Below are positions 1 through 14,225 of a stretch of DNA of 64,000 nt, piece by piece. The first letter of the stretch is position 1, and every line of letters begins with the position of its first letter. A program made the position numbers and the translations under genes. Below the pieces are notes generated by a model, which was not told the origin of the DNA, ran no database searches, and was given only the letters and a program-made list of their open reading frames with translations. Source of the DNA: Eledone cirrhosa (taxonomy: Eukaryota); contig OZ024745.1 of assembly GCA_964016885.1 (NCBI GenBank), positions 22,692,001 through 22,756,000 of the forward strand. The letters run 5' to 3'.

Positions 1-250
<250 letters not shown>

Positions 251-659
251 ATGCATAATAACTCACCAGCGTGCGTATACTCACAGCTACATACACATAC
301 ACATTTACACATACACATAAACATACACATACACCCATACAACCTACCTTACATTGCTTTCATCATTCCGCCTTTTACTGTTTTGCAGGAATCCATTTAT
401 TTTTAAAGAGTTTTAGGTTAAAAATAAGTAAAAAAGAGAATATATATATATTAACAAATATATAAATATATAGAATAAAAGAAGAAAATAAAGAAAGAAA
501 ACTGAGGAAAGAGAGAAAAGGGGAAAGAGAAGGTGAAAATAGAGAGAGAGAAAGAGTGCGAAAGAGAGAGAGAGAGCGAGAGAGAGAGAGTGAGAGAGTT
601 AATTGCCTCTTTACATCCTCTGCTAACCTCTATCACTCACACACTGATGTGGTTTTTAT

Positions 660-1619
660 GGTTACTGTTGTTGTTGTTGTTATTGTTGTTGTTATTGTTG
701 TTGTTATTGCTGTTGTTATTGTTGTTGTTGCTGCTATTGTTGTTGTTATTGCTGTTGTTATTGCTGTTGTTGTTGTTATTGCTGTTGTTTAATATGTTGT
801 TATTGTTGTTGCTGCTATTATTGTTGTTATTGCTGTTGTTATTGCTGTTGTTGTTGTTGTTTCTGTTGTTATTGCTGTTCTTATTGTTGTTGTTGCTGGT
901 ATTATTGTTGTTATTGCTGTTGTTATTGCTGTTGTTGCTGCTATTATTGTTGTTATTGCTGTTGTTGTTGTTGTTGTTGCTGCTATTATTGTTGTTATTG
1001 CTGTTGTTGTTGTTGTTGTTGCTGCTATTATTGTTGTTATTGCTGTTGTTATTGCTGTTGTTGTTGTTGTTTCTGTTGTTATTGCTGGTGTTGTTGTTAT
1101 TGCTGTTGTTATTGTTGTTGTTGCTGCTATTATTGTTGTTATTGCTGTTGTTATTGCTGCTATTATTGTTGCTATTATTTTTTATGTCATTTGTATTGTT
1201 GTTACTGTAGTTGTTGCTGTTTGTTATTGTTGTTGTTGTTGTTATTGCTGTTGCTGTTATTGTTGTTCTTGTTGTTGCTTTTGTTATCGCTGTTGTTGTT
1301 GTTGTTGCTGTTACTGTTGTTATTGATGTTGTTGTTGCTATTATAGTTTTTATTACTGTTGTTGTTGCTGTTATTGTTAATATTGTAGTTATTTTTGTTA
1401 TTGTTGTTGTTGTTGTAATTATTGTTGTTGTTGTAAGTATTGTTGTTCTTGTTATTATTGCTGTTGTTGTGTCATAATTATTATGGTTGTTATAATTGTT
1501 GTTGTCGTTGTTAATGTTGTAATTTTATGGCGGTTGTTGTTGTTATTGTAAATCTTTATGTTTATATTTTTTTATTATTGGTGTCGTTATTTCTATCGAT
1601 GTTTGTCTGTTGTTGTTGT

Positions 1620-1653
<34 letters not shown>

Positions 1654-2253
1654 ATTGGTGTTGGTGTTATTGTTGTTGGTGTTGTTCTTATTGTTGTTGT
1701 TGGTGTTATTGTTGTTGGTGTTATTGTCGTTGGTGTTGTTGGTGTTGTTGTTATTGTTGTTGTTGTTATTGTTGTTGGTGTTATTGTTGTTGGTGTTGTT
1801 GTTGGTGTTGTTGTTGTTATTATTGTTGGTGTTATTGTTGTTGGTGTTGTTGTTGTTATTGTTGTTGGTGTTATTGTTGTTAGTGTTATTGTTGTTGTTG
1901 TTATTGTTGTTGGTGTTATTGTTGTTGTTAACATTATTGTTGTTGTCGTTATTACAGTTGATCATAATCTTCATTTCTTGCTTTTTTTGTTTATTGTATT
2001 TGTTTTTTTTTAATTTTTATTTTGTTTTTTTTTTGTTAGGTGTTGTTCTTGTTGTTATTGTTGTAGATGTTGTTTTTGCTGCTGTTTCCGTTACTGCTAT
2101 TAATATTTCTTTGTTGTTATTGTTTTTGATGTTATTGCTTTTTTGCTATTGTTGTTGTAGTTGTTGTTGTTGTTGTAGATGTTATTGCTGTTTCCGTTAC
2201 TGCTATTAATTTTTCTTTGTTGTTGCTGTATTTATTGTTGTGGTTTTTGTTGT

Positions 2254-2289
<36 letters not shown>

Positions 2290-2660
2290 CGTTTATGTAC
2301 GTGTTGTTGTTGATGTAGACATTAATATCTTTGTTGTTGTCGTTACTGTTGTTACTACTATTGCGGCTTATGTTGCTGTTGTTGCTGTTGTTGTTGCTGT
2401 TGCTGCTGTTGCTACTGTTGTTGTTGCTGCTACTGTTGTTGCTGTTGTAGCTGCTGTTGCTGTTATTTCTGTTGCTGTTGCTGTTGTTGATGATGTTTAA
2501 TGTGGCTATTTGTTCGTCATTGCTGTTATTGTTTATCTCAATGATTCAGATGATGATGATGGCGATGATGATCAACATCATTGTGATGTTGATGATGATA
2601 ATGATGATTATGATGATGATGCTGGTGATGATGATGATGATAACGATGATGCTAATATCG
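660..2660. repeat. Degenerate (GTT/TTG)n trinucleotide tract grading into (GAT)n
   Basis: GTT/GCT/ATT variants; GAT runs near 2255-2290 and 2545-2650; source of the poly-L/V/C/N ORFs. Confidence 0.95.
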
Positions 2661-2856
2661 TCTACATGGTTTGTAATTTTACTACACCACTCCCACAAGC
2701 CTCACCACAGCAAATCGACTCTGGCCGCCACCGCCACTATCGAATCCAACTACAACCCCCCCCCCCCCACACACACACATACACACTATCACTAACATCA
2801 TCAACACCATCAACACCTCCGCCTTGATCACAACTGTCACAGCAATACCTCCTCGA

Positions 2857-3131
2857 CCACCACCACCACCACCACCAGCCACACTACCTCCATTACCATC
2901 ACCACCGCAACTTCCATTATGCCCACTATCACCGCCACCTACACTATCTCCACCACAACATGATCACTACAAACACCACCACCACCACCAGCACCACCAC
3001 AACCACCACCACCACCACCACTACCACCACCACTACCACCACCAGCACCACCTCCACCACCACCACCTGTACCACCACCACCACCACCACCACCTCCACC
3101 ACCACCTTGTACCACCACCACCACCACCACC

Positions 3132-3162
<31 letters not shown>

Positions 3163-3476
3163 CCACCACCACCACCACCACCACCACCACCTCCACCACC
3201 TCCACCACCACCACCACCACCACCACTACAACCACCTCAACCACCTTTACCAGCACCACCAACACCACCACCACCACCACCACCACCTTTACCACCACCA
3301 CCACCACCACCACCTCCACCACCACCACCACCACCACCACCACCACCACCTCCACCACCACCACCTATACCACCACCACCACCACCACCACCACCACCAC
3401 CACCAGCACCACCACCACCACCTCCACCACCTCCACCACCACCACCACCATCACTACAACCACCACCACCACCTTT

Positions 3477-3507
<31 letters not shown>

Positions 3508-4112
3508 CCTTTACCACCACCACCACCACCACCACCTTTACCACCACCACCACCACCACTACCACCACCACCACCACCACCACCACCTCCACCACCTCCA
3601 CCACCACCACCACCACCACCACCACCACCTCCAGCACCTCCACTACCTCCACGACCACCACCACCACCACAACCACCACCACCACCACCACCACAACCAC
3701 GACCACCACCACCACCACCACCACCACCACCACCACCACCTCCACCAACACGACCACCACCACCACCACCACCACCACCACAACCACCACCACCACCACA
3801 ACCACCACCACCACCACCACAACCACCACCACCACTACCACCACCACCACCACCACCGCCGCCACCACCACCACCACCACCACCACCACCACCACCACCA
3901 CCACCACCACCACCACTACCACCACCACCACCACCACCACAACCACGACCACCACCACCACCACAACCACTACCACCACCACAACCACAACCACGACCAC
4001 CACCACCACCACCACCACCACCACCACCACCAGCACCTCCACTACCACCACCACCACCACTACCACCACCACCACCTCCACCACCACCACCACCACCTCC
4101 ACCACCACCAAC
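2857..4112. repeat. (CCA)n trinucleotide tract
   Basis: About 1.25 kb of CCA with point variants; source of the poly-P/H/V ORFs. Confidence 0.96.
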
Positions 4113-4234
4113 GTAATAAATGTGTTGTTATTAATTGCTTTGATGTCCCCTTCAGCTCACGTTATTATTAATAAAATTGTTTACGGTGATTTCATTTTTG
4201 TTTTGTTTTTTTCATTTTTTTCATCAGTTATGGT

Positions 4235-5278
<1,044 letters not shown>

Positions 5279-5374
5279 CAGCTCACACCTATGCAGGTTT
5301 AGGTGGCCTCATCCAAGGTATATCTCGATGGAGGTGTCCTGGGTGATTTAATGATAGGGAACCCAGTCCCTATC

Positions 5375-5520
5375 ATCTCATTTCTACAGCTGAGTAAACT
5401 GGAGGAACGTTAAATAAAGTGTTTTGCTCAAGGAAACAACACATCACCCGGTCCGAGAATTGAACTCACATCCTTTCGATTGCAAGCCCAATGCTCTAAC
5501 CACTAAGCCATACGCCTTCA
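5375..5520 (-). mobile_element. tRNA-derived SINE, family 1 (partial)
   Basis: Reverse-complement tRNA head (GAATTGAACTC...CTAACCACTAAGCCA on +) and body AAGTGTTTTGCTCAAGGAAACAAC; paralogs at ~10180 and ~61297. Confidence 0.85.
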
Positions 5521-6399
5521 CTGTGTGTGTGTGTGTGTGTGCGTGTGTGTGTGTGTGTGTGTGTATGTGTGTGTGTGTGTGTGTCTGCGTGTGTGTGTGA
5601 ATGCATTTATTACTGTATGATAGTGATTTTATGAGTTACCATGTTCATTTATATAAAGCAGTATTAATACTCTGATTTTTTATTGTTCACATTGGTTTCA
5701 GAGATTTCGCCGGTACCCAAAACAGATAAGATTGATTCTGTTATAATGATTCCTGCTTTGCCTAAAGATGAAGCTATAGCTGAGGCCCCAGCTATTTCTA
5801 GTCTATCCACAATCACAATATCGACTCTATGGAAATGGAATTTAAACATAGTGTATCTAAGATACCGATTCCTTTAGATACAATTAGAATCCTCGAGAGG
5901 TGGAATGGATGGTGTAGCAAGTGTCACTCCCTGTTTTTTGCCACAACGTTTTTACTATCTTTTCCGTAGAACGCAGCAGCTAAGTTCTAGCGTCCGCCGA
6001 AGTCTGTAGAGTTTTCCCCTCCCTATACCGCTTTCTTTTTGTTATTTTTGTAAATTGTTATTCTTAATAAATCTATTAGAAATGTTATTACCTCAAATCG
6101 GCCAATATTAAGTATTACATCTAACAAAGCTATTCTGACTAATAGGAGATCCAATGGTTTGATGAACCTTTGCGTACCCAAGAAACTAATATTAACATGA
6201 TTTTAAAAGTTCTCTTTACAATTGATGTTATTACGAAAGGACAGAATCAACAAAGCAAACACACACCTTGCTTCTAACAAGAATTTCTGTTGTAATCAAT
6301 TTAAAATAACTATAGAAGGTTTAGTTGCCGAACAGAGGTCAATGAAAGCAGACGTAACCAGTCTTTCCGATGAGTTTAAAAATGAATGATAGTCTAAAT

Positions 6400-6730
6400 C
6401 AGGTGTTCCCAATCTTTTTTTACATCATAGCTCACTTTCACATGGGAAAATTTCCACCGTCCACCTGTATAGTAAATATTCAAAACCATACCAAAATTGT
6501 GTGATAAAAGTTTGTTACTGGTTCGTCATTTCCGTTCAGCCTCCTGTTTTTATTACAAGTTCTTTGCATATCTCCTTTGAATATTTTTTTCTCGGTTAGA
6601 ATATGTTGAAAAACGTTCCTAATACTCAAAATCCTATATTGTACACCAAAATTTCCTATCGCCAACCATATTCTGTTCAGTTGTTCATCGCCCAGCCAAT
6701 AGTTGACATCACCCAGATTGGGAAACGCTG
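6400..6730. mobile_element. Non-autonomous hAT-type MITE
   Basis: TIRs CAGGTGTTCCCAATCT / AGATTGGGAAACGCTG; 8-bp TSD GTCTAAAT / ATCTAAAT (7/8) with central TA. Confidence 0.85.
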
Positions 6731-6985
6731 ATCTAAATGAAGTTAATATGCAGCCTGTTCTTCAATAATGGTAGTGACCTCAACATTATGAAACACACAG
6801 ACTCGTGCTATCAGTTGTCATAGGAAAACATTACACAACATTTCAACAGATCATGAACCATTCCATCGATGATTTTCGCCTATATTTCAATGGAAATATT
6901 TTTTACTGAGGTCACTCACAAATGAAATACTTACTACATTCAACCTTCAGGAAATAAATCTAAACTAGTTTGTAATGATTACTAT

Positions 6986-7192
6986 TACAAGGCTCACCTG
7001 AAACGTTCATAGGCTGACCCAGATATTCTCATGGAATAACCAAATAAGGTTTATTTTTTAACATAGTCCCTGGAAAGAAACAAAACAGTTATTGATAAGA
7101 AGGGTTGAAATTAATGCATGCATTGTTTCACAGCTTTAGCATCCCTCATTTATAGTTAGCTTAGCCTATGAATTGTTCAGCTCACCTTCGTA
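6986..7192. mobile_element. Mariner-type MITE (full copy)
   Basis: Imperfect TIRs TACAAGGCTCACCTGAAACGTTCATAGGCT / AGCCTATGAATTGTTCAGCTCACCTTCGTA with terminal TA; paralogs at 9046 and 58600-58919. Confidence 0.8.
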
Positions 7193-7199
7193 ACAGGCA

Positions 7200-7427
7200 A
7201 CAAGGGTGAAAATTCGGTAATATTGGTAGTGTTGGACAAAATACTTTGTGGAATTTATTCACCACTCTCTGCGTTCTGAATTCGAATCCTGCTGGGTTCA
7301 ACTTTACTTTTCATCCTTCCGAGGTCGATAAAATAAAGTACCTGTAATGTACTGAGGTCTATATAATCCACTTTCCCCTTACTCCAAAATTGTTGGCGTT
7401 GGGCCTAGATTAAAAAATCAATATTAT
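7200..7427 (+). mobile_element. tRNA-derived SINE, family 2
   Basis: B-box-like TTCGAATCC, body TTTCATCCTTCCGAGGTCGATAAAATAAAGTACC; matches copies at 59237 and 60773. Confidence 0.85.
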
Positions 7428-7991
7428 AAAAGCAACAAATTCTTTCTTTGTAAATGTAATAATTCTTTCTAACATTGAAAAATAAGAATTAAAGGCTAAC
7501 ACTTTCAACCAGCTATCGTATGTAGTTTTGCTGTAGTAACATTCCTCTGTAAACAGAGTGATATGGCTAGTTATCTTCTAATGAGGAAACAAAAATCTTT
7601 GAAATGCGTAAAAGTTAATGTTCTTTATCTTCTTTTGCTTCTTCATCTTCTTCGTTATCAAAACAGATTCTGAAACTAAACATGTCTTAGAAATGACATT
7701 GGAAATTCTGTGTAGTTGTCATTTGATATTGTGCACAAACAGATAGCGTCAGCCATCAATGTGCCCTTGAATATTTCAGACCAAGTATCTAGTTGTCTTC
7801 TTAGGGTAAAGACAGAAATGATTTCCAAGAAAAGACGAATATATGGCCTATCAAATTACCGCTCCATAACTTGTTTGTGAGTAATTGATAAAATAATATT
7901 ACTGAACATTGTCTAAAATCACAACAATTTAATTTATGTAGAATTATATAATGATATATTGATAATGAAAAAAAAATAGTCCAATGTTGCC

Positions 7992-8097
7992 GCATGCAAG
8001 GTCCTGTAACTCATGGGAGTGTCGTAGAGGTACCGTATTAACATACAACATTTCTAGGGCATTTTTAAACCTGGCAGAGCCCAACTCCTCTCCAGGT
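7992..8097 (-). repeat. Dispersed repeat of unknown class
   Basis: Reverse complement aligns to 61745-61840; a fragment also at 57127-57176. Confidence 0.7.
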
Positions 8098-8159
8098 CAG
8101 AATACAGCAGATTTCTTCGAGAGAAGGATAGGGAGGGTAAGAGAAAAGAAGTGAGAAAG

Positions 8160-8332
8160 ACATATAGCGGAAGAATCGACCTCAGTATTAGACTGGTACT
8201 TTTTATTGACCTTGAATGGATGAAATACAAAGTTGACCTCGGCGGGATTTAAATTCAGAGAACAGAGCGCCGAAACGAATGCTGCAAATTGTATCCAACG
8301 TTCTAACGACTCTGTCAATTCGTCACCATCTT
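8160..8332 (-). mobile_element. tRNA-derived SINE, family 2
   Basis: Reverse complement of the family 2 body (GACTGGTACTTTTTATTGACC...GACCTCGGCGGGATTTAAATTCAGA on +). Confidence 0.85.
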
Positions 8333-9045
8333 TCAATCAGTGCTTGACTGGTACACTTCTAAAAGGTGACACAACAGATGGACAGATGATTTTGTAGCTT
8401 ATGTAAAGATATATTACACGATCTAGATCTAGAAATTTTTAATTTCTATAGTTGTGTAGATATTAATGAAAGGAAAGGCATTTCACGTAACTGTTGTGTG
8501 ATTACGAATGAGAAACAAACATTTTGTTAATCATAAAACACTAAAACCCTCATTTTAGTTGTTTTAAATACCGTATTTTAAGGGTCTCCACCCTATTTTA
8601 TAGCATCTATGCACTTGAGCACATCATGCTTTATACTTATATATTTACCATATGTGCCATTAACACATGTGTAGTGCCAAGCATCACATATATTCCTGTG
8701 GTATTTGACTGGGATGCAATAGATCTAAATTCTAACTAGAAATATTCTAAAAAAAATTAATATATGTTACAAAAGTCCGACACATAAAAGGACAAGGTTA
8801 TAGGGACTATAAATGGGGGGGGGGGCTCAGTTTATTTAGGCATTTATCAATGTTTCCCACGATCTTTCCAACACACAAGAAGGCCTACTATGTTCCCCTC
8901 TCGACTGTGGTCGTAGTACAAACGATGGTAAATCAAATATTTCCGAAGCAACACAATTATTCCAAGGAAATACATCCATAAAACATGAATGAAATTGTAA
9001 TTAAAAAAATATTGCACACACCTAAAGTATGGAGTTGTTTTGTTA

Positions 9046-9115
9046 TATGAGGGTCAGCTGAAAAGCTCATACGCTGACCAAGATACTCTCATGAATGTAA
9101 CCAAATGAGGTATTG
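9046..9115. mobile_element. Mariner-type MITE fragment
   Basis: TATGAGGGTCAGCTGAAAAGCTCATACGCTGACCAAGATACTCTC matches the 6986 family end. Confidence 0.75.
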
Positions 9116-9120
9116 TCTTT

Positions 9121-9209
9121 GCCAGGTTTAAATGCCCAAGTTTAAATGGCCAGGTTTAAATGGCCAGGTTTAAATGGCCAGGTTTAAATGCCAGGTTTAA
9201 ATGCCCAAG
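9121..9209. repeat. 13-14-bp minisatellite, about 6 copies
   Basis: Unit GCCAGGTTTAAATG. Confidence 0.92.
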
Positions 9210-10179
9210 ATACTTCTCAGTCAGGAGTTAAGGACCATGGATTGATAGCTTGTAAGAATATCTGTAAAATAGAAAGCTGTTGAAGTGTCGAGAGCTTTTA
9301 ACTAGCCACAGAGATAAAATGAAAGCAATGATCATTTTAACATCGATCAAGGTTAGTTTGCTTGCTTTTACAGAACCCCGATGATTATGACTAACTTGTG
9401 TTTATGAATAAATCCACCCTCCTTTGATATCCGTATAATCACTATGTAAGGTTTAAATCAAAGACGTTCCCCAATACCTCATCATAGAATTGGACAACAT
9501 TTCGTTCACCCCGTTTTCTAAAGCTAAAAACCTCTATTCCTTTGTTTGCTCAAACTCGTTTGGGGGAATTTCTTTGGACTTCTTTACCTTCAACTATTTC
9601 ACTCTTTCTCTCTATAGCTATTCCTACTAGGTAGTGTGTCAAACAAATTTACTGTTGGTTCACAAATATTAGTAACAGCATCTACCGATTTCAACTACAA
9701 AACTTACATCGATTTTCTCCATGAAATAGCTGTAAATTTACAATTAGAGATATATATATAAAAAAGAAACGTAACTAAAGTCAAAAGCCAGTGAATTTCT
9801 TCAGTATTATGCGTTCTTATATTGATGGAATATTCTCTGAAAAGTGAAATCGATTCTTTTCATTGCAACCAAATTCTGCGATCTCCAGTCAAGATGCAAA
9901 GAACTTTGCTGTTTCTCAGAAGGTGGTTAGAGTTTGTCAATAGAAATGTGATGGAAATAACTTAAGGTACTGCAGAGAAAATTATTTCATTAGCTGAATT
10001 ATATAAGTTGTTTACAGCTTGATTATAGAGTACGTAACGATGGTTCAAAAACATGATGCGCCCACTGTAGAATGGGATTTAACAGAATGTTATTACTCCA
10101 ACCAATCTATTCACCACCAATAACTACTCTAAAAAACAGTTTATATTAAAGTCTAATGTCTGACTCGAACCCGGAGGCT

Positions 10180-10375
10180 CATCAGGTGGGCACTTATCCT
10201 GGTTTTCGTGACATTAAGCGACTGAGAGTACATGACTCCCCCCTGGACAGGACACCAGTCTATCAGCTATTGCTGATACTCATTTTCAGCTGAGTATACC
10301 GGAGCAACGTCAAATGAAGTGTATTGCTCAAGAACTCAACACACAACTCATTCCAGGAATCCAACCTACGACATT
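10180..10375 (-). mobile_element. tRNA-derived SINE, family 1
   Basis: CCCCTGGACAGGACACCAGTC...CAGCTGAGT...GGAGCAACG...AAGTGTATTGCTCAAGAACTCAAC; aligns to 61297-61545. Confidence 0.85.
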
Positions 10376-10876
10376 TTGAACATTCCTACACCACCACCAC
10401 CCCTATAAAGGGTCGGAATGTCATGTCTGAAATTCCTTTGATCTTAGAATTGCACGATCAAAGTTGATCTGGGGCTAAAACAACAATAACATCAACAAAA
10501 CCAGCAACAACAACAACACAGTATGTTTAGGATACAGATATGATTTTCATATTTAATCTTCAGAGAAAGTATATATTTTATATTCATCACTTGCAGCTAA
10601 CATCCATATATACATTTTTTTTTATTTTGTTTATCGATATAAGTTTTGACTTAAACAGATATATAAAACTATAATATATAAAAATTAAATTTCTGGCTAT
10701 TCTTCCTACTTAATGGAAAAGACGTTAGTTTATGAACGGCTCAATATTAAAATAGTTGATAGCTTTCAATTCTCTCATTTAAACATAAATGAAGATTATA
10801 ACAACAATATAGATACATTCACACATAGTCCCCTAAACACGTACATGTATATATCAATATATATTAATACATTTAG

Positions 10877-11040
10877 ACACACACATTTATGTACACACAT
10901 TTATATAAGCACACACATTTATGTACACACATTTATATAAGCACACACAAGGGCACGTACACATAAAAACACACACATTTATGTACACACATTTATATAA
11001 GCACACACAAGGGCACGTACACATAAAAACGCATTTATGC
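10877..11040. repeat. CA-rich tandem repeat including a 60-bp duplication
   Basis: Rows starting 10921 and 10981 are identical for about 50 nt. Confidence 0.85.
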
Positions 11041-11125
11041 ATGCACATACTTATACGCACACACCGATACGCACATTTATATATCCACACAGTTATATGC
11101 ACACACATACAGACACACACAAACA

Positions 11126-11187
<62 letters not shown>

Positions 11188-11237
11188 ATAATAATAAATT
11201 TGAAGACTAAATTCTTTGCTTAAACTTTAATCTGTTA

Positions 11238-11274
<37 letters not shown>

Positions 11275-11288
11275 CGAAACACACATAC

Positions 11289-11330
<42 letters not shown>

Positions 11331-11409
11331 GTATGTGTGTTTCGAAATACTGATGTCAAGCTATAGAGCAATAATATAAGAATATTCATCTATAAAAATA
11401 ATCAGTATA

Positions 11410-11668
11410 AGCACATATATACATACACACCTATACACACTTATACACACATATATACACCTTTACACACATATACACATATATACATACACACCTATAC
11501 ACACTTATACACACATATATACACCTTTACACACATATATACATACACACCTATACACATATATACATACACACCTATAAACACAATTATACACACACAT
11601 ATATACATACACACCTATACACACATATAGGCAAACATATACACACATATATACACACATATATACAC
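11410..11668. repeat. CA/TA minisatellite (ATATATACATACACACCTATACACAC-like)
   Basis: Direct inspection. Confidence 0.85.
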
Positions 11669-11669
11669 G

Positions 11670-12128
11670 TGATGGTGGCGGTAGTAGTGGTGGTGGCGGT
11701 GGCGGTGGTGGTGGTGGAGGTGGCGGTGCTGGTGCTGGTGGTGGTGCTGGTGCTGGTGCTGGTGGTAGTGATGGAGTCGGTGGTGTTCGTAGTGGTGGTG
11801 GTTAAGGTGTTGCTGCAGTCGGTGGTGTAGGTGGTGGCGGTGGTGGTAGTGTTGGTGGTGTAGGTGGTGTTGCCGTTGTTGTTGTTGCTGTTGTTGTTGA
11901 TGGTACTGTTGTTGTTGTTGTTGTTGTTGTTGCTCTTGGTAATTCTGGTGACGGTAGTGACGTTGTTGGTGCTGCTAATGGTGGTAGTGACGTTATGGTG
12001 ATGATGGTAACAGTAGGTGTGGTGGCGGAGATAGTTCTTCTTCTGCTGCTGCAGGTGTTGCTGTTGTTGTTGCTGTTGTTGTTGTTGTTGCTGTTGTTGT
12101 TGTTGTTGCTGTTGTTGTTGTTGTTGCC
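11670..12128. repeat. (GGT)n to (GTT)n trinucleotide tract
   Basis: Direct inspection. Confidence 0.92.
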
Positions 12129-12279
12129 ATCTTTAATATTTAGCAACACAAGTCTAGTATCAATAGTATCGCTATGGGACTGGCAGTGAAGACATATTCT
12201 GGAAACCCGGCAAGAACACGTGATTCACAGAAGGTTAACTAGTTCAACTTTGGGGAAATAAAATCGTCAGTGCATAATT

Positions 12280-12317
<38 letters not shown>

Positions 12318-12359
12318 GTGTGTGTATATATATATACTTAAACAAACACACACACACAC

Positions 12360-12401
<42 letters not shown>

Positions 12402-12477
12402 GTTATGAGTGTGTGTGTTTGTTTATGTGTATATATACATATATATATATATATATGTGTGTGTGTGTTTGTTTATG

Positions 12478-12551
<74 letters not shown>

Positions 12552-12598
12552 CATTAATACAAAATATTAACAAAAATAGACATTCGTGTGATCAAGTA

Positions 12599-12665
12599 TA
12601 TTTTATTATACAAATTTCAGAGGTACTGAGCTATCTTTAACAGTACGTCCTCATCAGATAAAATA
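12599..12665 (-). ncRNA. Type I hammerhead ribozyme
   Basis: Minus strand TATTTTAT-CTGATGA-GGACGTACTG..CAGTACCTCT-GAAA-TTTGTA-TA-ATAAAATA; stem I 8 bp, stem II 9/10 bp, AUA site. Confidence 0.85.
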
Positions 12666-12765
12666 AGATGATGCATGACATACCCTGACATAGTAGATGG
12701 TTAAGATTCAGTCATGGTAGTAAAACTCATTTTTTTTATTTATTCATTGAACCTTGTTTAACCTT

Positions 12766-12799
<34 letters not shown>

Positions 12800-13022
12800 G
12801 TTTCTGAATTTGTTTAGCAAGATTCTTTATCTGAAATCGTGTGTTGAGACCGATATTGTTATACTTTGGGAGGGTCATGTTGCCAATAAGAAACACACGC
12901 ACCAGTTGCTTTCACTTCAATTTATTATTATAATAAATTTATAATAAATTTATAATAAATTTATAAATTTATAAATTTCTGGTTGGTTGGTTGGTTCCAC
13001 AACCAGATAGTTGTTTATATAT

Positions 13023-13067
13023 AGTCATAGTTCTTTCGTCACACACTCTGTGACCTCTTCAGTGACT
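13023..13067 (-). ncRNA. Type I hammerhead ribozyme (family A)
   Basis: AGTCA-CTGAAGA-G-GTCACA gagtg TGTGAC-GAAA-GAAC-TA-TGACT; stems I and II pair. Confidence 0.85.
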
Positions 13068-13267
13068 GGGGATTCCTTTCTTTGTTTCTGTGCCTCTCCT
13101 TTGTTCTGTCCTACGCCATTTTGTTTCTGTGTGTGTGTTGTGTGCTCAGTCTGCGCATGCGCCACATCCGGGTGTCTGTGTGTGTTTATGTTCATTTATT
13201 TATTTGTTTATTTACATGTTACTGGTTGGTTGTTTGTTCTATGTGTGTGTGTGTTTTCGTTTTGTCC

Positions 13268-13789
13268 TTAATTGTAAGTTGTGATGTTGCTGTTCCACTC
13301 ATATTTTCTATTTAATTTTGGTTGTAATTCTTTTATGTTTATTGCCTCTGTAATTTGTCTAAACATTGCGTCTTTTCTGTGTGTAGATTCTATTTTTATT
13401 TCTATGTTCTCTAATTTACTCTTGTGTTCTATTTTAGCATGTTGGTAGAGTACAGATGATTCTTTATTATCTTGAAGGTCTCGCCAGTGTTCATTTATCC
13501 ATTCCCCTACACTACGAGCTGTCTCACCTATGTACACTATATTTTTGTCTCTACATTGTCCTTCAGTACATCTTATGCTATACACTACATTTCTAGTTTT
13601 ACAGTTAATATGGGGGCTTATTTTACAGGTTATACATTTCTTATCTATACATGAGGGTCTTTGAAAAGGATATGTCTTGCTAATAAGTGTTTTTACGGAG
13701 GTACCTGCTCTTTCTACTATCTTAATATTGAGTTTATGTTTATTTAGGGCCCTTCTAAATTTGTAAGCTAATTCACCTCTAGGTGTGTG
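13268..13789 (-). pseudogene. C-terminal fragment of a PLE ORF: Cys-rich linker plus GIY-YIG endonuclease
   Basis: Frame stays open upstream of the listed ORF: TPRGELA..IKIVERAG..YPF..C4xC2xC..C..VVYSIRC..YIGETAR..H..RQITEA..LNRKYEW. Confidence 0.9.
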
Positions 13790-13844
13790 AGTGTGTATGT
13801 GTGTTTGTTTATGTATATATACATATGTGTGTGGGTGTGTGTGT

Positions 13845-13946
13845 AAAAGGTAAACGGAAATAACAACACAATAGGCTCGGTACAGTATATAGAAGGAATA
13901 TATTAGTTTAACGCTTGAAATAGCAGGAAGAGGGTCTTAACGTTTC

Positions 13947-13947
<1 letters not shown>
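13845..13947 (-). mobile_element. 3' terminal fragment of a hammerhead-bearing element
   Basis: Reverse complement matches 63516-63613, starting at CGAAACGTTAAG of the ribozyme. Confidence 0.85.
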
Positions 13948-14035
<88 letters not shown>

Positions 14036-14067
14036 TGTGTGTGTGTGTATGTGTGTGTGTGTGTGTG

Positions 14068-14148
<81 letters not shown>

Positions 14149-14225
14149 ATATATATGTGTGTGTGTGTGTGTGTGTATATACATATAAATATAATTAACG
14201 TTTCGTGTATATATATATATATAAA

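Larger units (their letters stand above)
12797..13789 (-). mobile_element. 5'-truncated Penelope-like element, family A (Naiad-like)
   Basis: GIY-YIG ORF end, 3' UTR with hammerhead, terminus in (TA)n; paralogs 22630-23107 and 27008-27833. Confidence 0.92.

Noticed and set aside
533-4171. Long poly-L/V/N/T/P/H ORFs
   Set aside because: Stop-free trinucleotide repeats open in several frames on both strands; no domain content
10535-10570. CTGAAGA..GAAA on the minus strand
   Set aside because: No stem I or II pairing; chance match
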